Of a DNA stretch of 64,000 bases, positions 24,434-32,251 are shown one piece after another. The notes beneath the pieces were generated by a model. That model saw only the letters and a program-made list of their open reading frames with translations, ran no database searches and was not told the DNA's origin. The stretch is from NCBI GenBank assembly GCA_964483035.1, contig CAYZZS010000004.1:10081-74080 (forward strand), written 5' to 3'. How positions within the stretch are numbered: the first letter of the stretch is position 1; the number at the start of each line of letters is the position of its first letter. The DNA comes from an uncultured Candidatus Saccharibacteria bacterium (GTDB taxonomy: Bacteria; Patescibacteriota; Saccharimonadia; Saccharimonadales; CAYZZS01). The position numbers and the translations under genes are program-made.

Positions 24434-24904
24434 TTAATCTTCAAAGTATTTGAGCATCATCTTGTATTCGGGATGATCCTTGTTCGCCTCCTTTGGCAAG
24501 TGTTCGCTTTCGTCTGCATACTGAGCTGAATATTCAGTACTCAAGCCCTCTCCATGACGGGTGATGATAATATCCGCCGTCATATATTCTTTCTCAGGCT
24601 TTTGCTGCAGCAGTTTCACGATCTGATCGCCCAACGCCGGACCTTTTTCAAGCACATGAAAGTGTCCGGTATCAAAGCTATAGACTACGAATCCATAGGT
24701 AAGCTTCGGTTCGGCATCCTGCAGAAACTTTGGCATGTCCCCATCGCCGACAATGGCCCGGACAAAACCCTTGGCCGTCTTTTTGCCGACGACATGATAC
24801 ATACAGCCGTCAGTCAGCACTCGGACACGGTTTTCACCCGTCTTCAGGCTGAGGAACCGGGACGGCTTAACGTAGTTGTCTAAGTTGATCTTCTGGAATT
24901 TCAT
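24434..24904 (-). CDS. Possible ssDNA-binding protein
   Basis: 156 aa with an acidic C-terminal tail (...KYFED), adjacent to the nuclease gene. The assignment is weak. Confidence 0.3.
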   Translation of the reverse strand: MKFQKINLDNYVKPSRFLSLKTGENRVRVLTDGCMYHVVGKKTAKGFVRAIVGDGDMPKFLQDAEPKLTYGFVVYSFDTGHFHVLEKGPALGDQIVKLLQQKPEKEYMTADIIITRHGEGLSTEYSAQYADESEHLPKEANKDHPEYKMMLKYFED

Positions 24905-25779
24905 ATTGCCTCCACGAGCTGAATCTTTTTGGGGTACACCGTCAAATCCGGTGGTTGTGGTATTTTGCCGTTATGGATGTCCAAATAGGTGTCGTACAGC
25001 CGTTTAAAGCTGTCGAAAGTCCCTTCAACGTACTTGAATTCAAAACCATGCTTGTGCCGTGTGCTGACCCGGAATATACCGCAGTGTGTCACGGGCTTTT
25101 CATGGGCGTAAGATTCGTTGTACATCTCCCGATACGCAATTACTTGCTTTTCATGGGCGTAGTGGATTCCTGCCGAGGTCTTCCAGTCAATAAGCACCTT
25201 GATGACTTCCTGGTTCTCCAGCAGCGACGCATGCGCTGGCTTCGGCTCGTACTCGCCGTTTTCGTTGATGGTGAGGTACATGTTAGGGTTGCTCAGCATG
25301 TCGAGCCGTGCCTTTTGAACCAGTCCTACAAAGTCCAGCGTACCTGCCAGCATGATAGACGGACTGGCTACCACTAGTTCACTCTTAAAGAGGCTCGGTT
25401 GTAGGAATTTCAGGCAGCGTACGAACGTCGTGATAGCCGCTTTTTCATAGACTGATGGATAGTCTTTCTCTAAATCCAGCCGCAGTCCCCCGAGTAAATC
25501 CTCGAAAGCGTTATGAATCTTCTTGCCCCGGTTGCCCCGTTCGAGCAGTAGTTCTTCGGACTCCTCTTTGGAGTTCCGCTTCCAAAACTCTCTAAGTCCA
25601 TAAGCTACCGGACCGGCCTCATCAATCACGTTGGTGACTGACATACAGAACTGGCCCTCTGGAAAATCTTCATTCTTGATGAAGTAGTAATGATTGTCGT
25701 CAAGCTCCACTCTGGTTATCTCGCAGTTGCTTAGCTTATGCGTGACACCTAATTGCCTGATCTCGCTGATGTCTGCCAT
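24901..25779 (-). CDS. PD-(D/E)XK-family nuclease (recombination exonuclease-like)
   Basis: GTLDFVG followed by VLIDWKTS gives a D...D-x-K arrangement. Confidence 0.5.
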   Translation of the reverse strand: MADISEIRQLGVTHKLSNCEITRVELDDNHYYFIKNEDFPEGQFCMSVTNVIDEAGPVAYGLREFWKRNSKEESEELLLERGNRGKKIHNAFEDLLGGLRLDLEKDYPSVYEKAAITTFVRCLKFLQPSLFKSELVVASPSIMLAGTLDFVGLVQKARLDMLSNPNMYLTINENGEYEPKPAHASLLENQEVIKVLIDWKTSAGIHYAHEKQVIAYREMYNESYAHEKPVTHCGIFRVSTRHKHGFEFKYVEGTFDSFKRLYDTYLDIHNGKIPQPPDLTVYPKKIQLVEAI

Positions 25780-25792
25780 AGTTGCTCCTTAT

Positions 25793-26035
25793 CTAAATGT
25801 CACGGTCAAAGAACCGGAACAGCTCGTAGGCCGCCCGGTATGAAATGATGCTGATGGCACCTACAAGCGGGTAGCTGAAATAGCTCGGCATCTGGATGTT
25901 CAGGTATACCCAAACTCCACAGATAACCAGCACAATCAAGCTAACTGCCTGCACGAAGCGCTCTACGTTCCTTGTGACACGTATGGACGTATCCTTTGCC
26001 GTCTTTGCCTGTTGTCTGATGTTGTACATAACCAC
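25793..26035 (-). CDS. Small two-TM membrane protein
   Basis: 80 aa with two hydrophobic segments. Confidence 0.45.
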   Translation of the reverse strand: MVMYNIRQQAKTAKDTSIRVTRNVERFVQAVSLIVLVICGVWVYLNIQMPSYFSYPLVGAISIISYRAAYELFRFFDRDI

Positions 26036-26039
26036 CCTC

Positions 26040-26270
26040 CTAAATCTCGTCTTGGCAGTCCTCGCAGATCGTCACCGTCTTGTGGTACGTGCTGTGTTCG
26101 CCAGTGGCGGCGGAGTCTACCTCGATTGCTTGTTCTCTTGTTAATTCGTGCTGGCAAGCGAACTGCCAGTCGTCGTTTAGTCTCCACTCACTCGGCAGAT
26201 GCAGGACCTGAATCCGCTTTACAGGTGGTGGAAAATATATATTTGATATGTTTTTGAAAATTGCATGCAT
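26040..26270 (-). CDS. Small hypothetical protein
   Basis: 76 aa, with a GGAGG SD 8 nt upstream. Confidence 0.45.
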   Translation of the reverse strand: MHAIFKNISNIYFPPPVKRIQVLHLPSEWRLNDDWQFACQHELTREQAIEVDSAATGEHSTYHKTVTICEDCQDEI

Positions 26271-26459
26271 GTTATCGCCTCCAAAAACTTTTGCCCCAAA
26301 GTTGCTTTTGCATTGAATTACCCTCCTTATGGCCTTACTGACCAGCGGGCGGGCAAGTTATCGCGGCTTTAAGATCACTTATAAAGCTTCTTGCCCACCA
26401 GTCGGTCAGTAAAACCGACTTAGTAAGGTCATGTCCTCTCGCAAAAGAGGCACGACCTG

Positions 26460-27008
26460 TTAGTACCAATGACCCATATCCCGTCCGTTGATTGGCACTC
26501 TCGCTTTCCAGTGGGCTAAGGCTTTGGCTGGCGTGCTGTAGCGTTCGGCTATATAGTCGATTCCCCACTCTATTTGACTCTCCACACTTGATGGATCGGG
26601 GATTTTGCTGCACGGCCACGCTTGGGGGATGCCGCAGGCGGCGCTGTGAGGGTTCTTGGCGTTCGGATTCCATCCGCTTTCTCTATGCCACAGCTCCTCT
26701 AGTGCCTCCCACTGCGTCCCATGCCAGCCCTTTGCCTCGGCTTTCTGTTTAGCGAGGGATTTTGGGTCGGTTGGTACTGGTTCCGGCTTCGGCTCGGTCT
26801 CAGTTTTCACGGCTTCCACTTCGACAATGTTTGGTACTTGAAGTGGAGCTTGTGTTTCCTGTGTCACTTGTTCCGCCAGAGTTATTTCCTCTGCCGTAGG
26901 TTGAACCGAATTGTTAATGTTCGCCGGAGTTTGCCGGATGAGGAGTACGAATATTCCGCATACGGCCAGTAGCTTTATGACCACTGATACCCCCTCTGAG
27001 GACTCCAC
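26460..27008 (-). CDS. Membrane-anchored lytic transglycosylase-like protein
   Basis: GTG start, an N-terminal TM segment, then ESGWNPNAKNPHSAACGIPQA (an SLT-type E-S-G...Q block). Confidence 0.55.
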   Translation of the reverse strand: MESSEGVSVVIKLLAVCGIFVLLIRQTPANINNSVQPTAEEITLAEQVTQETQAPLQVPNIVEVEAVKTETEPKPEPVPTDPKSLAKQKAEAKGWHGTQWEALEELWHRESGWNPNAKNPHSAACGIPQAWPCSKIPDPSSVESQIEWGIDYIAERYSTPAKALAHWKARVPINGRDMGHWY

Positions 27009-27126
27009 ATCCTCATAAATCTCCCGTTTTGCCCTATCCTGTCGCTGCCATTCTCCTTGAGAAGTGGTAGCCGATAGCTAGCTCGGTGGTTTGTCCGATG
27101 GAGCCACAAACGCTAATTCCCGACTC

Positions 27127-27158
27127 CAAAAAGAAAAACCCCGCCGTTAGTGGCGGGG
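27127..27158 (-). terminator. Strong minus-strand intrinsic terminator upstream of the first leftward gene
   Basis: The minus strand reads CCCCGCCACTAACGGCGGGGTTTTTCTTTTT. Confidence 0.6.
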
Positions 27159-27178
27159 TCTATCCCTGTTATGCTATT

Positions 27179-27198
27179 TACATTTTATAAAAAATGTA
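27179..27198. promoter_or_regulatory. Perfect 8-bp inverted repeat (TACATTTT-ATAA-AAAATGTA), operator-like
   Basis: Read directly. It lies between the plus-strand TTGACA promoter and the leftward genes. Confidence 0.45.
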
Positions 27199-27206
27199 CT
27201 TTAGTA

Positions 27207-27235
27207 TTGACACAAGGTCATTTATTTGCTAAAAT
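27207..27235 (+). promoter_or_regulatory. Near-consensus sigma70-type promoter (TTGACA-17 nt-TAAAAT)
   Basis: TTGACA is at 27207-27212 and TAAAAT at 27230-27235. Confidence 0.6.
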
Positions 27236-27239
27236 CGCA

Positions 27240-27588
27240 ACTCGTAAGTCACAGTATGTGTTCTTACGCACCTTATACCCCCAATTCTAACAGTTTCGGT
27301 CCTTTGGATCGGAGCATATGTTAGGTGTTTTAGAGCGTGCCAATATAAGTTGTTACCCTCCACTTATTGTGGCGCATCCGCTCGTGTAGCGTGATAGCGC
27401 TCTAAAACAAATTATTCCCTTTAACCCCGCGTTCCCCCCTCGTTGTAGTTGAGGCTTGGCGGTAACGACGGACATACCTGAGTGGGCCTAAAGCTGACTT
27501 TGCGAGACAGCTTTAGGAGGCCTTCAAGGTGGGTTGAAGGGTGTAAAGAGCCTCCAGCGGTGCCCACCCCCTCTGGAGGCTCTTTTTA
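27240..27588 (+). ncRNA. Candidate ~350-nt structured ncRNA 2 at the phage/host junction
   Basis: No credible ORF. Verified helices: 27243-27248/27263-27268, 27327-27337/27398-27408 (11 bp perfect), 27487-27496/27508-27517 (10 bp perfect), 27521-27527/27534-27540. A terminator closes the unit. Confidence 0.55.
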
Positions 27589-27590
27589 TT
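27547..27590 (+). terminator. Intrinsic terminator of ncRNA 2
   Basis: AGAGCCTCCAG...CTGGAGGCTCT forms an 11-bp stem followed by TTTTT. Confidence 0.75.
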
Positions 27591-27847
27591 AGAATTACAC
27601 TTATTAGATTCATCTGTTAGGTGCTCTATTCCGAGTGGTATGTCGCTTCGGCATCAGCATTCACTGCATACTTGGTGAGATAATAATTCGGGCTTTTTGT
27701 GGAAATCTTCTTTGTAATGACGAATGAGTCCTCATTATCCTCACATGGATAACCCCCCTTGCCCCAAGGCTGGCGCAGGTGTAGGGAGTTATCTGGCTCA
27801 GACGACTATTACGGGCAGCAAATATTGTAAAATATTTAGAAATATGG

Positions 27848-27853
27848 TATAAT
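27848..27853 (+). promoter_or_regulatory. Extended -10 promoter (TGGTATAAT) giving a leaderless or near-leaderless mRNA
   Basis: The TATAAT ends 3 nt before the first ATG (27857) and 6 nt before the second (27860). Confidence 0.45.
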
Positions 27854-27856
27854 GAT

Positions 27857-28450
27857 ATGATGAGTGTTGATCAGTACTTGAGTGATAGGCGACATGAGTC
27901 AGTCACGGATATCAGGGTGTTTCAGGATGTGGATCGTGCTGCAATGCGGCAGTGCTTTGATGGTGGACTTATTAAAATTGACGCTCGACTGAGAGGGCAT
28001 GAGTTGCCCTCTATTAATGAGATTGCTGATGGTGCGATTAATTGGTGGAGCTTAGAAAAGCACTATCCAAGAATTGCAGCAATCGGGGGTGCTGTTATTC
28101 GTTGCGCAGATGGAAAAGCGCGCCCAATTGTGGAATCGGTCAAGTATGAGACTCAGCAGGCGGTCCATGTTGATAGCGCCATATCTCACGGCATAACCCT
28201 TTTGCTGCCGTTGCGCGGTGCTGACGCTACGTTTTACTATGGCGGTAGCAAGTTTGCACATTACGAGGATGCTGATAGCTCAATCGTATACGGCGTAGGG
28301 GATGTTCTGGTATTGCGCCAGGCCATTGAGACAATTGATGGTAGGGTCCCAGAGGTGCCTATGCGTAGGCCTTGGCACGTCGGTGTTGCAGAAGGCACGC
28401 GAGACTTGTTGGCAATAGATTTACATGCAGAGCATTGGCGGTTGCCTTAG
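27857..28450 (+). CDS. Hypothetical protein (possible double-stranded beta-helix / HxD-containing)
   Basis: 197 aa containing AVHVDSAISHG. I recognise no family. Whether it belongs to the phage or the host is unclear. Confidence 0.55.
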   Translation: MMSVDQYLSDRRHESVTDIRVFQDVDRAAMRQCFDGGLIKIDARLRGHELPSINEIADGAINWWSLEKHYPRIAAIGGAVIRCADGKARPIVESVKYETQQAVHVDSAISHGITLLLPLRGADATFYYGGSKFAHYEDADSSIVYGVGDVLVLRQAIETIDGRVPEVPMRRPWHVGVAEGTRDLLAIDLHAEHWRLP

Positions 28451-28462
28451 GGTACTGTCGAG

Positions 28463-29101
28463 TTATAAAAAGCTGCGGGTTTCGGGTGTCAGCCTTCCTC
28501 CGCTGTAGACAAACTCCCCCAGGATGGCGTTTACTTCGCGCAAGAGTTCCGGTATCTGGCCGCGTTCTTCCTGGGTGAATTTTCCGAGTACGAAGTCGGA
28601 TGCGTCGGCTTTTTTGGCGATCTTGTCATGGATGCCGATACGTACGCGAGCAAAATCTTTGCCGACAACCTGGATGATTGATTTAATGCCGTTATTCCCT
28701 GCCGCCTCGCCGCCGACTCTCAGGCGTATCTGGCCGAACGGAATATCAAGTTCGTCATGAACTACCATGAGATTTTCCAGCGGTATCTTATAAAAATGCA
28801 TGATGTTGCGCACCGCTTCCCCGCTGAGGTTCATGTACGTTGTTGGCTTGGCAAGGATAACCCTGGCGTCTCCGATGGGGTGGGTAGTGATGTAAGCTTT
28901 TAGATCTTTCTTTTCTGTCCAGCCTGGGAAATCATATGCTTCGGCGAAGCTGTTTAAACATTCAAAACCGATATTATGTCTAGTGTGGTGATATTCGCGG
29001 CCGATGTTGCCGAGCCCGACGATGAGCAATGTTTTATGCAGGCCAAGGCTGTAGAGCGGTACGTGAGAGCTGGTGTCTGGTTTTTTCTGAAACAATGCCA
29101 T
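28463..29101 (-). CDS. pth: Peptidyl-tRNA hydrolase
   Basis: Contains LIVGLGNIGREYHHTRHNIGF...YMNLSGEAV...VVHDELD...GNNGIKS. Confidence 0.9.
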   Translation of the reverse strand: MALFQKKPDTSSHVPLYSLGLHKTLLIVGLGNIGREYHHTRHNIGFECLNSFAEAYDFPGWTEKKDLKAYITTHPIGDARVILAKPTTYMNLSGEAVRNIMHFYKIPLENLMVVHDELDIPFGQIRLRVGGEAAGNNGIKSIIQVVGKDFARVRIGIHDKIAKKADASDFVLGKFTQEERGQIPELLREVNAILGEFVYSGGRLTPETRSFL

Positions 29102-29133
29102 AGAGTTAAGTATCTGTTATCTGATGCCAACTA

Positions 29134-29562
29134 TCAAGAAAACATACCCCGATCAGGATTAAAGTTCTCCCAATCGATATCTTGCCACTGTAGAATCACA
29201 GTTGGCAGGCTTGAGAACTCGGTCTCCAGCAGATCACGATTAGGATCTTCGGGTATTATTAGCCCCTTGGTTTGCATGTCAATTCGGCCTTCACGCCGCA
29301 CGAAGTCGTAATGCAATGCCAGCCACTTCAGGCTTTCGTGGTCCGCAAAATCTTCCGGTGATTCAGCGATAAAAAACTGTACCATAAGCTCGCCAACACC
29401 GGAGGTTTGCAGGGCGGCATGCACGGATACTTCTTCTTTGAACCGATGGTATGCCGCAGGAGTAAGGGTGGTTACGTGCCTGCCGTGGTACAGTGCGTCC
29501 ATCACGGCAAAGCTATGCTCTATAGGCTTCTCGGCTTTATTGCGCGGCACTTCGCCAGTCAT
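29134..29562 (-). CDS. Hypothetical protein
   Basis: 142-aa ORF with a 4-nt overlap with der. Confidence 0.55.
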   Translation of the reverse strand: MTGEVPRNKAEKPIEHSFAVMDALYHGRHVTTLTPAAYHRFKEEVSVHAALQTSGVGELMVQFFIAESPEDFADHESLKWLALHYDFVRREGRIDMQTKGLIIPEDPNRDLLETEFSSLPTVILQWQDIDWENFNPDRGMFS

Positions 29563-30911
29563 TTAGTTCCCGTCGGCTTTTCGCCGTGCTTATGTGTCAC
29601 GCGCTTTTCGATGAACCAGAACTTGATCGGTGTGCCGGTATAATCCCACACTTCGCGGAACTGCTTGTCCATGAATCGCTTGTAGCTCCAGTGCAGAAAC
29701 TTGGTGTGGGCGCCGAAGACCTTGAAGCTGGGGTTCGGATTGCCTTCTTCTTGTACTATGTAATTCAGCTTTGGTTCACGGTTCTTTAGTCCGGCTGGCG
29801 GGTGCATGCTGACGACCCTCCGCAGCCATTTGTTGAGCTCACGAGTCGGTATGCTTTGCTGGCGCCGCTCTGCGATCTCTAGCGTCAGATCAAACAGTTT
29901 AGTGACATTCTGACCAGTTACAGAACTTGTAAAGATTAGGGGTGCCCACGGCACAAAGGTGAAATTATGCTGGATTTGCGGCGCGATAGCATCCCGGGTA
30001 AAGGCATCTTTGTCGATGCTGTCCCACTTGCTGACGACCAGGATCAGTCCCTTGCCCGATTCCTTTATCATGCCGGCTATTTTCTGATCCAGGGCAACGT
30101 TCAGTTCATTGGCATCCATCAGCAGTAGGACGACGTCGGCTTGCTCGATAGCAGAGAGCGAGCGGATGACGCTGAACCGCTCCACACCTTGCCCGATTTT
30201 GCCGCTGCGTCGTATGCCGGCCGTGTCCAGTAGTTCTATCTCGTGCTTTTTGTAATTAATAACCGTCCGGTTGATGTCGCGCGTCGTACCGGCTCGGTCC
30301 GCGACAATTGCCTGCTGCTTTTTGGCCAGGGCGTTAAAGAGTGCCGACTTGCCGACATTCGGACGGCCGAGAATGGCCAGCCGGATCCGGTTTTCATCTT
30401 CGTCGATGCGCGCCGGCGGGATTTCCTGTAGCAGCTGCTCCAGCAGATCCTCAATGCCCCGGTTCTGGGTGGCGCTGGTTGTGATAATGGTCTTAATGCC
30501 CAGCTTTTGGAACTCGGTGATGTCTTTGCCCCTGGCCCGGTCGATTTTATTTACCACCAAAAAGACCGGTTTTTTGGTCTTGAGCGCCATTTTGGCGACA
30601 CGGCGATCTTCTTCGGTAATGATTGTGTTTGCCTCGATTACGACCCAGATTACATCGGCGCTGTCTGCGGCCTGCTGGATCTGCTCCTGGATGGTAAATT
30701 CAAAGTCGTCTTCCGGGTCCTTGATGCCGGCGGTATCAACCAGCCAGAAGTCGCGGTCCTCGTAACTGGCCTTGGCTATGATGCTGTCGCGCGTCGTGCC
30801 CGGTTCATTGGCGACGATGGCTTCGCGGCGCGAAAGGATGGCGTTAAACAAGCTGGACTTGCCAACATTTGCTCTGCCTACGATTGCGACAATCGGTACT
30901 TTTCTTGCCAT
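29559..30911 (-). CDS. der: Ribosome-associated GTPase Der/EngA
   Basis: Two G domains (GRANVGKSSLFN and GRPNVGKSALFN) plus a KH-like C-terminus. I moved the start to MARKVPIVAIVG at 30911, which avoids overlap with the upstream gene. Confidence 0.9.
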   Translation of the reverse strand: MARKVPIVAIVGRANVGKSSLFNAILSRREAIVANEPGTTRDSIIAKASYEDRDFWLVDTAGIKDPEDDFEFTIQEQIQQAADSADVIWVVIEANTIITEEDRRVAKMALKTKKPVFLVVNKIDRARGKDITEFQKLGIKTIITTSATQNRGIEDLLEQLLQEIPPARIDEDENRIRLAILGRPNVGKSALFNALAKKQQAIVADRAGTTRDINRTVINYKKHEIELLDTAGIRRSGKIGQGVERFSVIRSLSAIEQADVVLLLMDANELNVALDQKIAGMIKESGKGLILVVSKWDSIDKDAFTRDAIAPQIQHNFTFVPWAPLIFTSSVTGQNVTKLFDLTLEIAERRQQSIPTRELNKWLRRVVSMHPPAGLKNREPKLNYIVQEEGNPNPSFKVFGAHTKFLHWSYKRFMDKQFREVWDYTGTPIKFWFIEKRVTHKHGEKPTGTK

Positions 30912-30915
30912 GGTG

Positions 30916-31542
30916 TTATTGTACTCCACTAACAGCGTGTTGATCGGCTGCCGCGTATTCGAGCAGGCCGTTTTGCAGCATCCCGGCGCTGATAGCCGGC
31001 AGGGTCTCGGTAATAAAGTCTTCAAACGGACAGAGTTGCTTGCGGTCTAGGCTTAAATGGTCGTAGTACCCTAAGTCCTCTGCGTTAAACGCAAAGAATT
31101 GTTCGCTGCCCTGTTCGATATGAGCCAGACTTTTCGGCGGCTGATAAAAGTACTCCGGGCGCAGACCGTAGGTCCGTTCGATGATGTGGGCAGCCAGCGC
31201 CCTGCGTCGGGTGAGTGAGCGCACGGTATCCAGGCTGATCTCATGCTGAATGGCGCTTTGGAATACCGCCGGGGCATCGTGGGCAGGCATTCTGAACGAT
31301 AGTGCGGCCCGGCCGACAAACGCAGCCATGACATCAATGCCGTTTTCAATATCGCGCTCTCGTTCTTTTGGCATAAAACCGTCTCGCAGCAGAATTCTCT
31401 GGACGATGGGCTCTGAGATAGCAAACGCTGAGGCCGCCACGAACTCGCCCATATCGTGCGGCTTCTGATCGGGCGCCAGCGTAAATGTACTGGCGCGCAA
31501 AGCAATTTGCTCTGCTACCTTCGGCAGCGTGGAGTGAATCAT
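30916..31542 (-). CDS. Hypothetical protein
   Basis: 208-aa ORF in the same operon. Confidence 0.55.
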   Translation of the reverse strand: MIHSTLPKVAEQIALRASTFTLAPDQKPHDMGEFVAASAFAISEPIVQRILLRDGFMPKERERDIENGIDVMAAFVGRAALSFRMPAHDAPAVFQSAIQHEISLDTVRSLTRRRALAAHIIERTYGLRPEYFYQPPKSLAHIEQGSEQFFAFNAEDLGYYDHLSLDRKQLCPFEDFITETLPAISAGMLQNGLLEYAAADQHAVSGVQ

Positions 31543-32210
31543 TTAGATAACTTTACAACAATTTCCTTGAATTTACCAGACTTTAGATCGTCTAATTTGT
31601 AGGTACCGAACTGCGTGCGGTGCAAGGCCGTGACCTTATAGTCTAGGCTCATGAAGGTCCGGCGGATTTGCCGGTTCCTGCCCATACTGATTATCACGCG
31701 CCAGCGCTGCCTGTCATCACTCATCGGTGCTAGCCGTAGTCTACTGATGTAATCATCGATCGCTATACCCTGCTCTAGTTTGCTTATGTCCGCTGGCAAG
31801 AGCGGTTTGTCGATAGTTACTTCATAAACTTTATCTTTAGCGTAACGGGGGTGGGTTAGCTGGTTTGCCAGGTCTCCATCGTCGGTTAGCAGTAGTAATC
31901 CCGAAGAGTCTTTGTCCAGGCGGCCGACTGGTTTGAGGCGGCTGTAGGCTGCCGGTAGCAGATCATACACGGTCTTGCTGCCCTGGCCTTCCCGGGATAC
32001 TACGTAGCCCACAGGTTTATGAAGCATGATGGTTGTGAGGCTAGGTAGCGATACGGGTTTTCCATCAAACGAAACCTGATCTGATTCATGGACTATGCTG
32101 CCAGTTTCGGCTGGCGTACCATTGATAGCCGCTCTTCCCTGCTCTACCGCCGTGTCAGCAGCACGCCGACTCATGCCAGTTGCGAGTGCTAGGTATTTAT
32201 TGATTCGCAT
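31539..32210 (-). CDS. rRNA pseudouridine synthase (RsuA/RluB family, S4 domain)
   Basis: Has an S4-like N-terminus (MRINKYLA...) and GRLDKDSSGLLLLTDDGDLANQLTHPRY. Confidence 0.85.
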   Translation of the reverse strand: MRINKYLALATGMSRRAADTAVEQGRAAINGTPAETGSIVHESDQVSFDGKPVSLPSLTTIMLHKPVGYVVSREGQGSKTVYDLLPAAYSRLKPVGRLDKDSSGLLLLTDDGDLANQLTHPRYAKDKVYEVTIDKPLLPADISKLEQGIAIDDYISRLRLAPMSDDRQRWRVIISMGRNRQIRRTFMSLDYKVTALHRTQFGTYKLDDLKSGKFKEIVVKLSK

Positions 32211-32251
32211 GATTTACTAAAAGTATACCCGAAAGTGCGGAGGTTAGTGGC

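Larger units (their letters stand above)
1..27600 (-). mobile_element. Siphovirus-type prophage / phage-derived region, truncated at window start
   Basis: Uninterrupted minus-strand phage modules: recombination, Dam, terminase, portal, MuF, scaffold, capsid, connectors, tail, tape measure, fibre. The right limit is approximate; the first clear housekeeping gene is pth at 28463. Confidence 0.8.

Noticed and set aside
27327-27408. GTTTTAGAGCG ... CGCTCTAAAAC looks like a type II CRISPR repeat start paired with a perfect anti-repeat.
   Set aside because: It is a single copy, there is no spacer-repeat periodicity anywhere in the window, and there are no cas genes. It is simply the two arms of one 11-bp helix inside ncRNA candidate 2. 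A repeat-mimic role is conceivable but unsupported, so I make no CRISPR call.
27240-27588. tmRNA, tRNA-like, 6S or SRP identity for ncRNA candidate 2, as a typical prophage attachment target.
   Set aside because: It has no GGGG...CCACCA acceptor pairing, no GGTTCGA T-loop, no GNRA-capped SRP domain IV and no end-to-end 6S-type hairpin. The short frame GCT GAC TTT GCG AGA CAG CTT TAG sits inside a perfect hairpin, unlike a tmRNA tag.
30912-31025. The 38-codon N-terminal extension of der given by the ORF track. Similar extensions appear on the Y-family polymerase (48199..48306), the SRAP gene (48502..48606) and the umuD-like gene (48534..48563).
   Set aside because: The extensions overlap upstream genes or lack conserved N-terminal context. 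Internal starts restore canonical N-termini (MARKVPIVAIVG, MSRPVFALIDCNNF, MCGRY) and typical ATGA coupling.
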